A DNA stretch of 64,000 bases from Mobula hypostoma. Taxonomy: Eukaryota. The translations under genes and the position numbers were made by a program. The first letter of the stretch is position 1. The number at the start of each line of letters is the position of its first letter. Below are positions 12,665 to 25,693 of the stretch, one piece after another. The notes under the pieces are model-generated. The model was not told the origin of the DNA. It worked only from the letters and a program-made list of their open reading frames with translations, and searched no databases. The DNA is taken from positions 9,240,001 through 9,304,000 of the forward strand of contig NC_086101.1 in assembly GCF_963921235.1 (NCBI RefSeq), given 5' to 3'.

Positions 12665-15319
12665 GGGGGTGGATGTCAGGGAGGAATTGCGAGAGGTGAA
12701 GGGCCGGCAAACCCAGCACCTTGCCGCCGAATCCTCCAAGATCATCTTCCGATCAAGGGTCCAAACCGTGGAGCAGGACGAGACGTGCTCACGCTTCTTC
12801 TTCCAGAAGGTGCACAGGGGGAGCTCTGTGATCCACAACCTTAAGGAAGAGGACGGCTCAGTCACGTCCTCGCAGACCGACATACTGAGGATCTGCAAGT
12901 CCTTCTATGCCGGTCTGTACGACAAAAAGGCTACAGAATCCACAGCCTCCCGCAACTTCCTCTCGTCTATCACGCAGGTATTAGACGACGGCAAGCGGGA
13001 GAGTCTGGATCAGCCACTGACCCTGGACGAGCTGACAGGCTCCATCCGTTCCTTTGGGTCGGGTAAGACTCCCGGAAGCGACGGCTTACCGGCTGAGTTG
13101 TACTCGGCTCTGTGGAACTGGATGGGCCCAGACCTGCTGGAAGTGTACAACGCTATGCTTCTGGCCGGCAGCATGTCAGAGTCCATGAGGAAGGGCATCA
13201 TCACCCTCATCTACAAGCAGAAGGGGGAAAGGGATACCTTTAGGAATTGGAGGCCCATCTCTCTCCTGAATGTGGATTACAAGATCCTGTCCAAGGCTAT
13301 CACCAACAGGGTCAAGTTTACTCTGGGACAGGTGATCCACCCGGACCAAACCTGTGCTGTTCCGGGCAGGAAGATCTCAGACAGCCTCACGCTGCTGAGG
13401 GACACCATCGCCTACGTGCAGGACAGTGGGTTGAACGCCTGCCTGGTCAGCTTGGACCAGGAGAAAGCCTTCGACAGGATATCGCACACGTACATGGCGG
13501 ACGTGATCTGCAAAATGGGATTTGGGGAGGGAATCCGGAATTGGATCAGACTGCTCTACACAGACATCCGTAGTGCAGTCCAGGTCAACGGGTGGGAAAC
13601 AGACAGCTTCCCCATCAGGTCTGGAGTCAGGCAGGGCTGTCCCCTCTCCCCTGTCTTGTTTGTGTGCTGCATTGAACCCTTCGCCGAAGCCATCAGGAGG
13701 GATGAGGGCATAAGAGGGGTGATGATGCCAGGGAGTGGAGGGACCCAAGTGAAAACCTCTCTGTACATGGACGACGTCACCGTCTTCTGCTCTGATCCGA
13801 GGTCAGTTCGTAGGTTGATTGGCACCTGCGAACAGTTCGAGCTAGCGTCGGGGGCCACGGTCAGCCGCACGAAGAGCAAAGCCATGCTCTTCGGCAACTG
13901 GCCCGACCGATCCAGCGTCCCCTTCACCATCAGGTCTGATCACGTGAAGGTGTTGGGGATCTGGGTTGGAGGGGCTGAGGCGTGCAACAAGAACTGGCAG
14001 GAGCGGACTGCCAAGATGAAACAGAAACTGGGTCTGTGGGGAGGGCACTCCCTGTCGATAACGGGCAAGAACCTGGTCATCAGGTGTGAGGTGCTCTCAG
14101 GGCTGCTGTACTTGGCGCAGATCTGGCCCGTCCCCCGCTCCTACAGCTCGGAAATCACCTGAGCAATCTTCAGAATCGTCTGGAGATGGAGTGGGTCAGA
14201 CAGACCGTCATGCACAAGTTCCTGGACAATGGGGGCAAGAACGTCCCCAATGTCGCCCTCACCCTGATGGCCAGCTTCGTGTGTGGCTGCATCAGGTTGT
14301 GTGTAGAACCCAGGTACGTGGGCACCAAGTACCACTATGTGCCCAGGTTCTACTTGTCGCCCTGGCTACGAAGGATGGGTCTGGCCCCACTCCCGTGCAA
14401 TGCCCCAGTCAGCTGGTCGTTGCCGGCATACCTGTCCTTCGTAGGAAAGTTCTTCCAGGAGAACGCCTTTGACCACAGGGCCATCAGGCAGTGGTCGGCA
14501 CGTAGTGTCCTGCAGGCACTGCAGGAGAAGGACGTGATGGACACAGTGGGGTGGTTCCCCGAGCAGACCGTCCAGTTCATCTGGCAAAATGCCTCATCGC
14601 CAGACCTCACCAACAGGCACCAGGACCTCGCCTGGCTGGATGTGAGAGGGGCCCTCCCAGTCAGATCCCTCCTGTATGCCCGGAACGTCACCTCCACACC
14701 CCGCTGCCCACGGGAGGATTGCAGTGAGGAGGAGTCTGTGACCCACCCCTTTGCACACTGTGAGTTCGCAGAGAGGGTGTGGAGAAGGATGGACGGGCTA
14801 GCATCACGTTTCATCCCCAGCAGCTGCGTAACAGAGGACTCTCTGATCTATGGGCTGTTCCCGGGGGACGCACACAGAGACCAACGTCCGGTGCTGCTGG
14901 CAGATCATCAACTCGGTGAAAGACGCTCTTTGGTCGCCCCGGAACTTGATGATCTACCAGCACATGGAGATGTCCGTGGGAGAATGCTGCCGACTGGCAC
15001 ATTCTCGGCTGCAGGAGTACGTGCTGAGGGACGCACTGAAACTCGGTGCAGCCACCGCAAGGGCCCGGTGGGGAAGGACCACAGTATAGGTTTCTCCACC
15101 CGTGGGAGTGGGAGGGGTCGGAGGGCGGGGAATATACCCCTCAACAATGATATGGTAAGCTGAACTACTGGAGTGCCACGTGGGTGGCCAAAAGTATGGA
15201 TATGCAGAGACCATAAGGGAAACGTATGTACTGTATAGGTAAAGGATTGAGAGTCATTGAATGGTTTATTGTATATAATTTCATTGTTGAATAAAGCATA
15301 TTTTGAAATTTAAAAGAAA
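12665..15319 (+). mobile_element. 5'-truncated Tx1-clade non-LTR retrotransposon (RT + C-terminal Zn finger), inactivated
   Basis: ORF 12669..14162 with [40 protein letters not shown] at 14160-14162 and frameshifts; AATAAA 15290-15295 then a short A tail. Confidence 0.93.
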
Positions 15320-15384
15320 TATTGGAGGTCAAATTATTTCTTATACTGACTTACTCCTGACGCCGGTCCCGGGACCCGACCCGT

Positions 15385-15917
15385 TTACAGACCCGGAGCG
15401 GAACCGGAGCAGATTCTCAGCCAATGGTTTTGATCCCAAGTCCAGAACAAAGGATAAAGTTTCCCCGTGAATTTATTCCCAGTGAAGGTGTGGAGATGGG
15501 ACTTGGACTCCGCGTTGTAAAATGAAACTGTCCCGGACTCGTAACTGAGATAAACTCCCACCCTCCCGGGGATGGGACCGGCAGGGAAATGGGACTCAGG
15601 GGAGGTGTAAACCAGCATCATGTCATTAACCCGCCCGATGATCCAGAATCCAGTCTCCGGACTCCGTGTGACCCATCCCTTCCTCTCCACAGACTCTGCA
15701 GCGACTCCCAGACACCAGCCCCGATTCCCCGTCACCTCCACCTCCCAGTAATGTCTCCCCGATGTGAATCCCTCCGATCCCAGCACACAAGCAAAGAACA
15801 TGAACCTCTTCCCGGTGTCAGGGAGATCCCTCCAGGTCTTAGTCTGTCTCACTCTCTTCCGATCCTCAGATACCTTGAGCTCCAGATGCGCAGTTCCCAC
15901 ATCCAGGGTGACAGAGA
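15385..15917 (-). CDS. TRIM exon 6: PRY/SPRY (B30.2) domain
   Basis: Acceptor ttctccccccag|TCTCTGTCACC; VTLDVGTAH..CVLGSEGFTSGRHYWEVEV..RVGVYLSYESGTVSFYN..LYPLF; TAA at 15385-15387. Confidence 0.95.
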
Positions 15918-16518
15918 CTGGGGGGAGAAGCAGAGAATTAGAGAGGCCCCGGGGATCGGGGGGAGACTCGGGCAGCGCGGCCCCGGGACCGGGCCGGGGT
16001 AGAGGCCGCTGGGCCTCAGGCTCAGTCGTGTGGCCGACAGGACCCTTTCCCGGGGTTTTACCCAAACACAGCGGATGGACAACCAGCATCTTCCTGAGAT
16101 TATTCCCCGACATGGAGATCGGATTTTTCCAGATCAACACACACAAAATTCTGGAGGATCTCAGCGGGTCAAGCAGCATGTGTTAAGGTTTACAGTCGAT
16201 GTTTCAAGCCGAGACCTTTCCTCAAGATTGGAAAGAAAGACGGGAGATAGCAGTGGAAATGGGTATGAGGAAGGTGGAGAAACACCTGGATACAGATGAG
16301 GATGGAGTGAGTAAACACTGCAGGCATTTAAGAGGAGGTCAGGCAGAATACATCAGTGCCGACCAACTCGCTTTAATGAACTAGTTCAATTTGCCTGTAT
16401 TTGCCCATTATTCCTTTAATCCTTTCCGACCCACGTACCCATCCAGCTGTCTTTTAAATCTCTGTAACTCTATTCACCTCTACGGTTTCCTTTGGCAGCC
16501 TCCTGAACTCCAGGAAAA

Positions 16519-19100
16519 CATAGAACATAGAATAGTACAGCACATTACAGGCCCTTCAGCCCACAACATTGTGCCAACCCTCAAACCCTGCCCCCACCTT
16601 AAATTGCTCCATATCCCTGTCTGGTAGTCTCTTAAACTTCACTAGTGTATCTGCCTCCACCACTGACTCAGGCAGTGCATTCCACGCACCAACCACTCTC
16701 TGAGTAAAAAACCTTCCTCTAATATCCCCCTTGAACTTCCCACCCCTTACCTTAAAGCCACGTCCTCTTATATTGAGCAGTGGTGCCCTGGGGAAGAGGC
16801 GCTGGCTATCCACTCTATCTATTCCTCTTAATATCTTGTACACATCTATCATGTCTCCTCTCATCCTCCTTCTCTCCAAAGAGTAAAGCCCTAGCTCCCT
16901 TAATCGGTGATCATAATGCATACTCTCTTAACCAGGCAGCATCCTGGTAAATCTCCTCTGTACCCTTTCCAATGCTTCCACATCCTTCCTATGGTGAGGC
17001 GACCAGAACTGGACACAGTACTCCAAGTGTGGCCTAGCAGAGTTTTGTAGAGCTGCATCATTACATCGCGACTCTTAAAATCTGTCCCTCGACTTATGAA
17101 AGCTAACACCCCATAAGTTTTCTTAACAACCCTAGCTACCTGTGAGGCAACTTTCAGGGATCTGTAGACATCTACCCCCAGATCCCTCCGCTCCTCCACA
17201 CTAACAAGTATCCTGCCATTTACTTTGTGCTCTGCCTTGGAGTTTGTCCTTCCAAACTGTACCACCTCACACTTCTCCAGATTGAACTCCATCTGCCACT
17301 TCTCAGCCCACTTCTGCATCCTATCAATGTCTCTCTTCAATCTTTGACAATCCTCTGCACTATCTACAACACCACCAACCTTTGTGTTGTCTGCAAACTT
17401 GCCAACCCACTCTTCTACCCCCACATCCAGGTCGTTAAGATGAATCACGAAAAGTAGAGGTCCAGGAACAGATCCTTGTGGGGCACCAGTAGTCACAATC
17501 CTCCAATCTGAATATACTCCCTCCACCACGACCCTTTGCCTTCTGCAGGCAAGCCAATTCTGAATCCACTTGGCCAAACTTCCCTGGATCGCATGCCTAC
17601 TGACTTTCTGAATAAGCCTAACGTGTGGAACCTTGTCAAATGCCTTATTAAAATCCATATAGATCACATCCACTGCACTACCCTCATCTATATGCCTGGT
17701 CACCTCCTCAAAGAACTCTATCAGGCTTGTTAGACACGATCTGCCCTTCACAAAGCCATGCTGACTGTCCCTGATCAGACCATGATTCTCTAAATGCCCA
17801 GATATCCAATCTCTGAGAATCTTTTCCAATAGGTTTCCCACCACAGACGTAAGGCTCACTGGTCTATAATTACCCAGACTATCCCTACTACCTTTTTTGA
17901 ACAAGGGGACAACATTCACCTCCCTCCAATCCTCCGGTACCATTCCCGTGGACAACGAGGACATAAAAACCCTAGCCGGAGGCTCAGCAATCTCTTCCCT
18001 TGCCTCGTGGAGCAGCCTGGGGAATATTCCGTCAGGCCCCGGGGACTTATCCATCCTAATGTATCTTAACAACTCCAATACCTCCTCTCCCTTAATATCA
18101 ACATGCCCCGGAACATCAACCTCACTCATATTGTCCTCACCATCATCAAGTTCCCTCTAATTGGTGAAGACCAAAGAGAAGTATTCATTGAAGATCTCGC
18201 TCATTTCCACAGCCTCCAGGCACATCTTCCCACCTTTATGTCTAATCGGTCCTACCTTCACTCCTGTCATCCTTTTTTTCTTCACATAATTGAAGAGTGC
18301 CTCGGGGTTTTCCTTTACTCTAGTCACCAAGGCCTTCTCATGCCCCCTTCTTGCTCTTCTCAGCTCCTTCTTAAGCTCCTATCTTGCTTCCCTATATTCC
18401 TCAATGGACCCATCTGATCCTTGCTTCCTAAACCTCATGTACGCTGCCTTCTTCCATCTGACTAGATTTTCCACCTCACTTGTCACCCATGGTTCCTTCA
18501 CCCTACCATTCTTTATCTTCCTCACTGGGACAAATTTATTCCTAACATCCTGTAAGAGATCTTTAAACATCGACCACATGTCCGTAGTACATTTCTCTGC
18601 AAAAACATCATCCCAATTCACACCCATAAGTTCTCGCCTTATATCCTCATAATTTGCCCTTCCCCAGTTAAAAATTTTCCTGTCCTCTCTGATTTTATCC
18701 TTTTCCATGATATTGCTAAAGGCCAGGGAGCAGTGATCACTGTCCCCCAGATGCTCACCAACTGAGAGATGTGCGACCTAACCCCGTTCATTACCTAGTA
18801 CTAGATCTAGTATGGCATTCCACTAGTCCGCCTGTCCATGTACTGTGACAGGAATCCGTCCTGGACACACTTAACAAACTCTGCCCCATTTAAACCCTTG
18901 GAACTAATCAGGTGCCAATTATTATTAAGGAAGTTAAAGTCACCCATGATAACAACCCTGTTATTTTTGCACCTTTCCAAAATCTACCTCCAAATCTGCT
19001 CCTCTGTATCTCTGCTGCTACCCGGAGGCCTATAGAATACCCCCAATAGAGTAACTGCTTCCTTCCAGTTCCTGACTTCCACTCATACTGACTCTGCAGA
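16519..19100 (-). mobile_element. 5'-truncated CR1 LINE in TRIM intron 5
   Basis: CATAGAA tail; RT ORF 16900..18129 (KSPGPDGI, NYRPVSLTS, QHGF, PQGS, FADNTK); APE remnants. Confidence 0.92.
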
Positions 19101-19500
19101 ATTCTTCCTGTTTATGATAATGGGAACCATGAGGGGAGAGATGAATGGCAGATGGAATTGGAACCAGATGGGGAGGGGGTGGAAAGCCTGTGGTGAACTA
19201 TGTGTGTAGATGGAAACAGAAGGTGAAAGAGAATGAATATGGGTGATAAGGGTCCCTTTGTCTTCTTTCCCACAAACCCACTCCCCACAGCCCCTCATTA
19301 GGACAGAGGATGAATTTGCAGAGACTCTGGCAGATATATTTGCTTCACATTTCACCACAGGTGAGCTGCTGGAGGGTGGCTCAGTCTGAGCCTTCAGCTT
19401 CTCCCATCATTCACCGAGGTCAATGCTGATCGGTGTGTCCGGGCTCAGTCTGACGATGCGTCAATGTGCTGGTTTGATAACAACAGTGAGACTCGCGAGT

Positions 19501-19514
19501 CCAGCAGGGGGCAG
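19501..19514 (+). promoter_or_regulatory. CTCF-like motif
   Basis: CCAGCAGGGGGCAG matches the CTCF core consensus; motif match only. Confidence 0.4.
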
Positions 19515-19954
19515 AGCTGAGTCAATCAGACTGCGGTCACGGACAGGTCAGACAGGGTGAGCGGCACGAAGGACTGATGTATTTTTCTGACAATCCCTGT
19601 CACCACAGTGATAGCAGATTTTATCCCCTTTAACGTCTTTGATGGAATATTAATTCCAGAGCTACTGTGGCAGGATTCAAGAGCATGCATGGACATATTT
19701 TTCTGGTATGAGTGGGATCAGGATGCTGTGGTTGATCTAACAGTCCTGCGAAGCGGTTATATTTTGCCCCAGTGTTGGTGTGTTCAAGGTTCCGACTTCT
19801 CCAGATGATCACGTGACAGTGATGCCTCCCTGCAGGTGGGGTTGGTGTCAGAAAAACTTCAGTTCCCCTTCAGCCTATTATTACAGCCAAATTTTGTGTC
19901 TAATTATTAATTAATTGTGTCTGGAACAAGAGAAAAAGAATCTATATGTTTTAC

Positions 19955-20073
19955 CTCGTTTAATGCTGTCAAACGCTTCTCCCAAAGTTATGTCGAACAA
20001 ATAGGGGTGATAGAATTTTTCAGCCAGTCGGGCACAATCTGTCACTGACAGTGACTGGGCATCATCACTGATC
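19955..20073 (-). CDS. TRIM exon 5 (119 bp linker)
   Basis: tttacag|GATCAGT...AAACGAG|gtaaaa; ISDDAQSLSVTD..EAFDSIKR; phases fit exons 4 and 6. Confidence 0.85.
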
Positions 20074-20169
20074 CTGTAAATATTATACAGCTGGTTATAA
20101 ACTGAGCATCAGCAAAGTTTGAACTATTTTACAAATCTATCCAGAGTTTCAGTAAAGACCATGTCCTAC

Positions 20170-20192
20170 CTCTTCTTCCGACGAGCTTTCTC
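20170..20192 (-). CDS. TRIM exon 4 (23-bp micro-exon)
   Basis: ttttatttcag|GAGAAAGCTCGTCGGAAGAAGAG|gtagga; a 23-nt exon is typical of class IV TRIM genes. Confidence 0.85.
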
Positions 20193-20289
20193 CTGAAATA
20201 AAAAAAACACACATCTCAATTGACTGAGACTGACCATTGGCATCGCAATAGCAGGGATCTGAGCTAAGTTATTAAAAGCAGCCGGGAGC

Positions 20290-21105
20290 TGAGGAGGATG
20301 ATGGTGCCTAACGGCGACTGCTTTGATCGCATTTTCGGAAACAGCTGTATTTCTATCTTTAGTATCTCTACTTTTCCCTTTCAGGGTTCTTTTGAAGCCG
20401 CTGACCTGGAGTTACACGCTGCCTTTGGTTCTTTGTGGGAATGAGACACACTCCCTGGGTCTCACCACTGGCCGCTGTTCGATATATCGAGGACATGGCC
20501 TGGAAGACAAGCACGGCTTCAGAGATTCGGGATTATGTGACTCTGGAGGTGGGCAGACTCGAGGTTGGTGCCTCTGCGGGGAATCGGTGTGTCGCGGGAG
20601 ATAGAAGATCGAAAGCAACAAGCTGGCTGCCGGCTGTGTGAACTGAGACCTGAGTTCTTTTGGCACAGAGCTTGAAAAAAAAACAACGCAACAGACTTTT
20701 AACATTGTAAATTAGTGAGTTGTTTGTTATGTCTCCCCTCTCGCTGTGAAACGGGTCACTTCATTTTTCCTTTTTAGGGAGAGATGTTGTTATGTTGAAT
20801 CACTGGGTGAATGAGTAGTCTTTGCGGTACTGCAAGTCTGTGTCTTTATTGATGCTTTACTGCATGCTTCAGTGCTTGGTGGAGGGTGCTGATGCTTTTT
20901 TGCTGGGGGGAGGGGGTGGTCGTTGCCTTGCTGCTGCTTATGCGTGGGAGGGGGAGCTTGAAGGGGCTTTGGGGTTCTAACATTTAACTGATTCATTCTT
21001 TGGGACACTCCTTCATTTTTGTGGATGTTTGTGAAGAAAAAGAATTTCAGGATGTATATTCTATACGTTTCTCTGATATTAAATGTACCTTTTTGAAACT
21101 TTGAA
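20290..21105 (+). mobile_element. Unclassified interspersed repeat (retroposon-like)
   Basis: 5' GAGGAGGATGATGG resembles the 11542 element; (TTTGAAAC)-like tail; no coding signature. Confidence 0.4.
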
Positions 21106-23336
21106 AACTCCCACTAAACTCACTCCTACTGACACACATGGAGAAAGAGGGACACAGAATTATGGGAGAAAGGACAAGGAATTTTAATGAAAATTATCCC
21201 ATAACTGAGAGGATGGAACTTACAGGAGAGACTGGACAGGTTGTGCATTTTTATCTGGATACGATGTCAGGGAGGGTCAGATGGAGGAATTTAACATTCC
21301 GAATGGATTTGATGGGGTGGGAGTGGAGAAAATATTTCTGTTTTTACGAGACAAAAAGTCAAAGATAAAACATCATTTGGTTGTTAATAAATCTCACAAG
21401 AAATGTGGTGAAGAGGATATCAGAAACACACTCTTAACCTGTGATGGTAACTGGTTGTTACTCTGAGTATCGGGGATATTATATGTGGGAATCACAGAAA
21501 TGATCACCAACTCACTGCGATGATCAGAGTAACTCATTCCCTAGAAGGTTGCAAATAGAACATAGAACATAGAAATGTACAGCACAGTACAGGGCCTTCA
21601 GCCCACATTATTGTGCTGACCCTTAAACCCTGCCTCCCATAAAACCCCCCACCTTAATTTCCTCCATATACCTGTCCAGTAGTCTCTTAAACTTCACTAG
21701 TGTATCTGCCTCCACCACTGACTCAGGCAGTGCATTCCACGCACCAACCACTCTCCGAGTAAAAAACCTTCCTCTAATATCCCCCTTGAACTTCCCACCC
21801 CTTACCTTAAAGCAATGTCCTCTTGTATTGAGCAGTGGTGTCCTGGGGAAGAGGTGCTGGCTGTCCACTCAATCTATTCCTCTTAACATCTTGTATACCT
21901 CTATCATGTCTCCGCTCATCCTCCTTCTCTCCAAAGAGTAAAGCTCTAGCTCCCTTAATCTCTGATCATAATGCATACTCTCTAAACCAGGCAGCATCCT
22001 GGTAAATCTCCTCTGTACCCTTTCCAATGCTTCCGCATCCTTCCTATAGTGAGGTGACCAGAACTGGACACAGTTCTCCAAGAGTGGCCTAACCAGAGTT
22101 TTATAGAGCTGCATCATTACCCTGCGACTTTTAAACTCTATCCCTTGAATTATGAAAGCTAAAGGGCCTTGGCCTGAAACGTCGACCGCACCTCTTCCTA
22201 GAGATGCTCCCTGGCCTGCTGCGTTCACCAGCAACTTTTATGTGTGTTACTCTATAAGCTTTCTTAACTACCCTATCTACCTGTGAGGCAACTTTCTGGG
22301 ATCTGTGGACATGTACCCCCAGATCCCCCTGCTCCTCCGCACTTCCAAGTATCCTGCCATTTACTTTGTACTCTGCCTTGGAGTTTGTCCTTCCAAAGTG
22401 TACCACCTCACATTTCTCCGGGTTGAACTCCATCTGGCACTTCGCAGCCCACTTCTGCATCCTATCAACGTCTCTCTGTAATCTTCGACAATCCTCTACA
22501 CTGTCAACAACACCACAAACCTTTGTGTTGTCTGCAAACTTGCCAACCCACCCTTCTACTCCAACATCCAGGTTGTTAATAAGAATCACGAAAAATAGAG
22601 GTCCCAGAACAGATCCTTGTGGGACACCACTAGTCACAATCATCCAATCTGAATGTACTCCCTCCACCATGACCCTCTGCCTTCTGCAGGCAAGCCAATT
22701 CTGAATCCACCTGGACAAACTTCCCTGGATCCCATGTCTTCTGACTTTCTGAATAAGCCTACCGTGTGGAACCTTGTCAAATGCCTTACTAAAATCCATA
22801 TAGATCACATCCACTGGACTACCCTCATCTATATGCCTGGTCACCTCCTCAAAGAACTCTATCAGGCTTGTTAGACATTATCTGCCCTTCACAAAGCCAT
22901 GCTGACTGTCCCTGATCAGACCATGATTCTCTAAATGCCCAGAGATCCTATCTCTAAGAATCTTTTCCAACAGCTTTCCCACCACAGACGTAAGGCTCAC
23001 TGGTCTATAATTACCCGGACTATCCCTACTATCTTTTTTGAACAAGGGGATAACTTTCACCTCCCTCCAATGCTATTCCCGTGGACAACAAGGACATAAA
23101 GATCCTAGCCAGAGGCTCAGCAATCTCTTCTCTCACCTCATGGAGCAGCCTGGGGAATATTCCGTCAGGCCCCGGGGACTTATCCGTGCTAATGTATTTT
23201 TACAACTCCAATACCTCCTCTCCCTTAATATCAACATGGCCCCGGAACATCAACCTCACTCATATTGGCCGCACCATCATCAAGTTCCCTCTCATTGGTG
23301 AATACCGAAGAGGAGTATTCATTGAGGTCCTCGCTC

Positions 23337-23943
23337 TGATGGAGTGAAAGGATAGATAAATGGGGGTATAGACTGAGAACAATGATTAACTAGTGATCAA
23401 TCACCTTGTGGGGGCCTTAGTTTACTGTTTTGGACAGTCAAAAAAGCAGCTTTACGCAGCAACCGGTGACGTACTAGTCATCGTTCTCTAAAGATAGACA
23501 AAGGCTCAAATAAGGAACGATCTGATCTTGCAGAAGCAGCTCAAGGTAGAGCTAAATATGGGAGGGGTGAGGTAACGGCTAGAAAGTTCTTGAGAAAAGG
23601 GGAGGGGTCCGAATGAGGAACTGATGGGCTAGCTTTGGCTTAAAATAATTAGAACTAACTGACCAATGATTATCTTACATCTAATTGTATCTTAGCATGT
23701 GATTGAAATGATTCTAATATTGTCTAAACTTGTAATCATAAGATTTCCTGCGACCTGATCAATGTTATAAATTGTGGAGAATTGTGTAATTCGAGGGCAG
23801 TGTCTGGACTGGCTCTTTTGGGAGATCAGTCTGTAACTTCCCCCAATGCATGCTATGAGTAAAGAATAAAGGTTTGAAAAAAGATATGTGCGTTAGTGTA
23901 TTTCTGGTACAATTGTCTTTGCATTGGTCGGTCCAGTCCGACA
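23337..23943 (+). mobile_element. Solo LTR (607 bp)
   Basis: TG...CA ends; 4-bp TSD GCTC (23333-23336 / 23944-23947); TATAAA ~23766; AATAAA 23865-23870; the CR1 resumes seamlessly. Confidence 0.85.
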
Positions 23944-24988
23944 GCTCACTTCCACCGCCTCCAGGCACATCTTCCCACCTTTATCTCTGATCGGTCCTAC
24001 CTTCACTCCTGTCATCCTTTTGCTCTTCACATAATTGAAAAATGCCTTGGGGTTTTGCTTCACCCTACTCACCACGGCCTTCTCATGCCCCCTTCTTGCT
24101 CTCCTCAGCCCCTTCTTAAGCTCCTTTCTTGCTTCCCTATATTCCTCAATAGACACATCTGATCCTTGCTTCCTAAACTTCATATTTGCTGCATTCTTCC
24201 ACCTGACTAGTTTCTCCACTTCACTTGTCACCCATGGTTCCTTCATCCTACCATTCTTTATCTTCCTCACCGGGACAAATTTATCCCTAACATCCTGCAA
24301 GAGATCCCTAAACATCCATCACATGTCCATAGTACATTTCCCTGCAAAAACATCATCCCAATTCACACCCACAAGTTCCAGCCTTATAGCCTCATAATTT
24401 GCCCTTTCCCAATTAAAAAATTTCCTGTCCTCTCTGATTCTATCTTTTTCCATGATAATGTTAAAGGCCAGGGAGCAGTGGTCACTGTCCCCCAGATGTT
24501 CACCCACTGAGAGATCTGAGACCTGACTCAGTTCATTACCTAGTACTACACCTAGTATAGCATTTCCCCTAGTCGGCCTGTCAACATACCGTGACAGGAA
24601 TCCGTCCTGGACACACTTAACAAACTCTGCACCGTCTAAACCCCAGGAACTAATCAGGTGCCTGTGGCGACCCACTTTTTGGCGCACACGAACCGGCTCA
24701 CAATAACGCACGCAGGCAGAGGGCCGGCCCCAAAAAGGGCGCCAGGCCATCTTCACCAGCAGGGGGAAAATCCCGCGCGCAGAAAGGGTCTGGGAATATG
24801 CATTCCCCACAGCAGTCCCGCTCCAGGGAGGGCGGGAACGGGAAGGGTTTAAAGCAGGCCGCTAAGTTTGAATAAATCTCTTTCATTGCAACTCTAACTC
24901 ACCGACTCCGTGTGGTTATCCTAGCGCTGTGTGTAGCAGACCGCTACAATTGGTGACCCCGACGGCCCAAACGATATTTGGACCTGAG

Positions 24989-25693
24989 ATGACCGACGCC
25001 GCATCTGTTCACGCAGTTTCGTTAAAACTGCCAAGCTTCTGGACGCTGCGACTCCATTTATGGTTCGAACAGGCAGAAGCACAATTCCACATTCGGCAGA
25101 TAACCTCGGAGTTCACTCGCTACTACTACATGCTGAGCTCCCTCGACCAGGAGACTGCTGCACAAGTTGAGGAATTTATACAGTCGCCCCCGGAGGACGG
25201 CAAATACACAGCATTCAAAGCCCTGCTCATAAGGACTTTCGGACTCTCACGGCGCGAACGAGCACGCCGCTTAATGCACCTGGATGGTTTGGGAGACAGG
25301 CCGCCGTCAGCATTAATGAACGAGATGCTGGCCCTGGCTGAAGGACACAAACCCTGCCTCATGTTTGAACAGGCGTTCCTAGAGCAACTGCCCGAAGACA
25401 TAAGCCTGCTGCTGTCCGATGCAGATGTCAGCGACCCCCGGGAGGTGGCGGCCCGAGCAGATGTGCTGTGGAATGCCAGGAAAGAGAGAGGGGTGTCCGT
25501 CGCACAGATCACCAAGCCGCGTGCCCAACGACAGACCAGACCAGGCCCGGCAGCAGAGCCTACAAAACCCGGCGACGGGAGTGAGGAGCCCAACGTACAA
25601 TGGTGTTTCTACCACCAGCGGTGGGGCACAGAGGCCCGCCGCTGCAGACCACCCTGCAAATTCCCGGGAAACGCCAGGGCCAGCCGCCGCTGA
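24989..25693 (+). CDS. gag: Gypsy Gag
   Basis: MTDAASVHAVSLKLPSFW..WFEQAEAQF; Cys/His motif [18 protein letters not shown]; open to TGA. Confidence 0.85.
   Translation: MTDAASVHAVSLKLPSFWTLRLHLWFEQAEAQFHIRQITSEFTRYYYMLSSLDQETAAQVEEFIQSPPEDGKYTAFKALLIRTFGLSRRERARRLMHLDGLGDRPPSALMNEMLALAEGHKPCLMFEQAFLEQLPEDISLLLSDADVSDPREVAARADVLWNARKERGVSVAQITKPRAQRQTRPGPAAEPTKPGDGSEEPNVQWCFYHQRWGTEARRCRPPCKFPGNARASRR

Noticed and set aside
15918..16179. N-terminal extension of the 264-aa SPRY ORF as a stand-alone gene
   Set aside because: Intron read-through: there is a good acceptor at 15918-15919 and the upstream part is PLE-derived or GC-rich intron
19608..19812. Short ORFs in TRIM intron 5
   Set aside because: No domain similarity, and exons 5 and 6 already join in phase
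17380..22545. Shared FADNTK catalytic mutation in two CR1 copies as proof of local duplication
   Set aside because: GACGAC>GACAAC is a CpG hotspot and can recur independently
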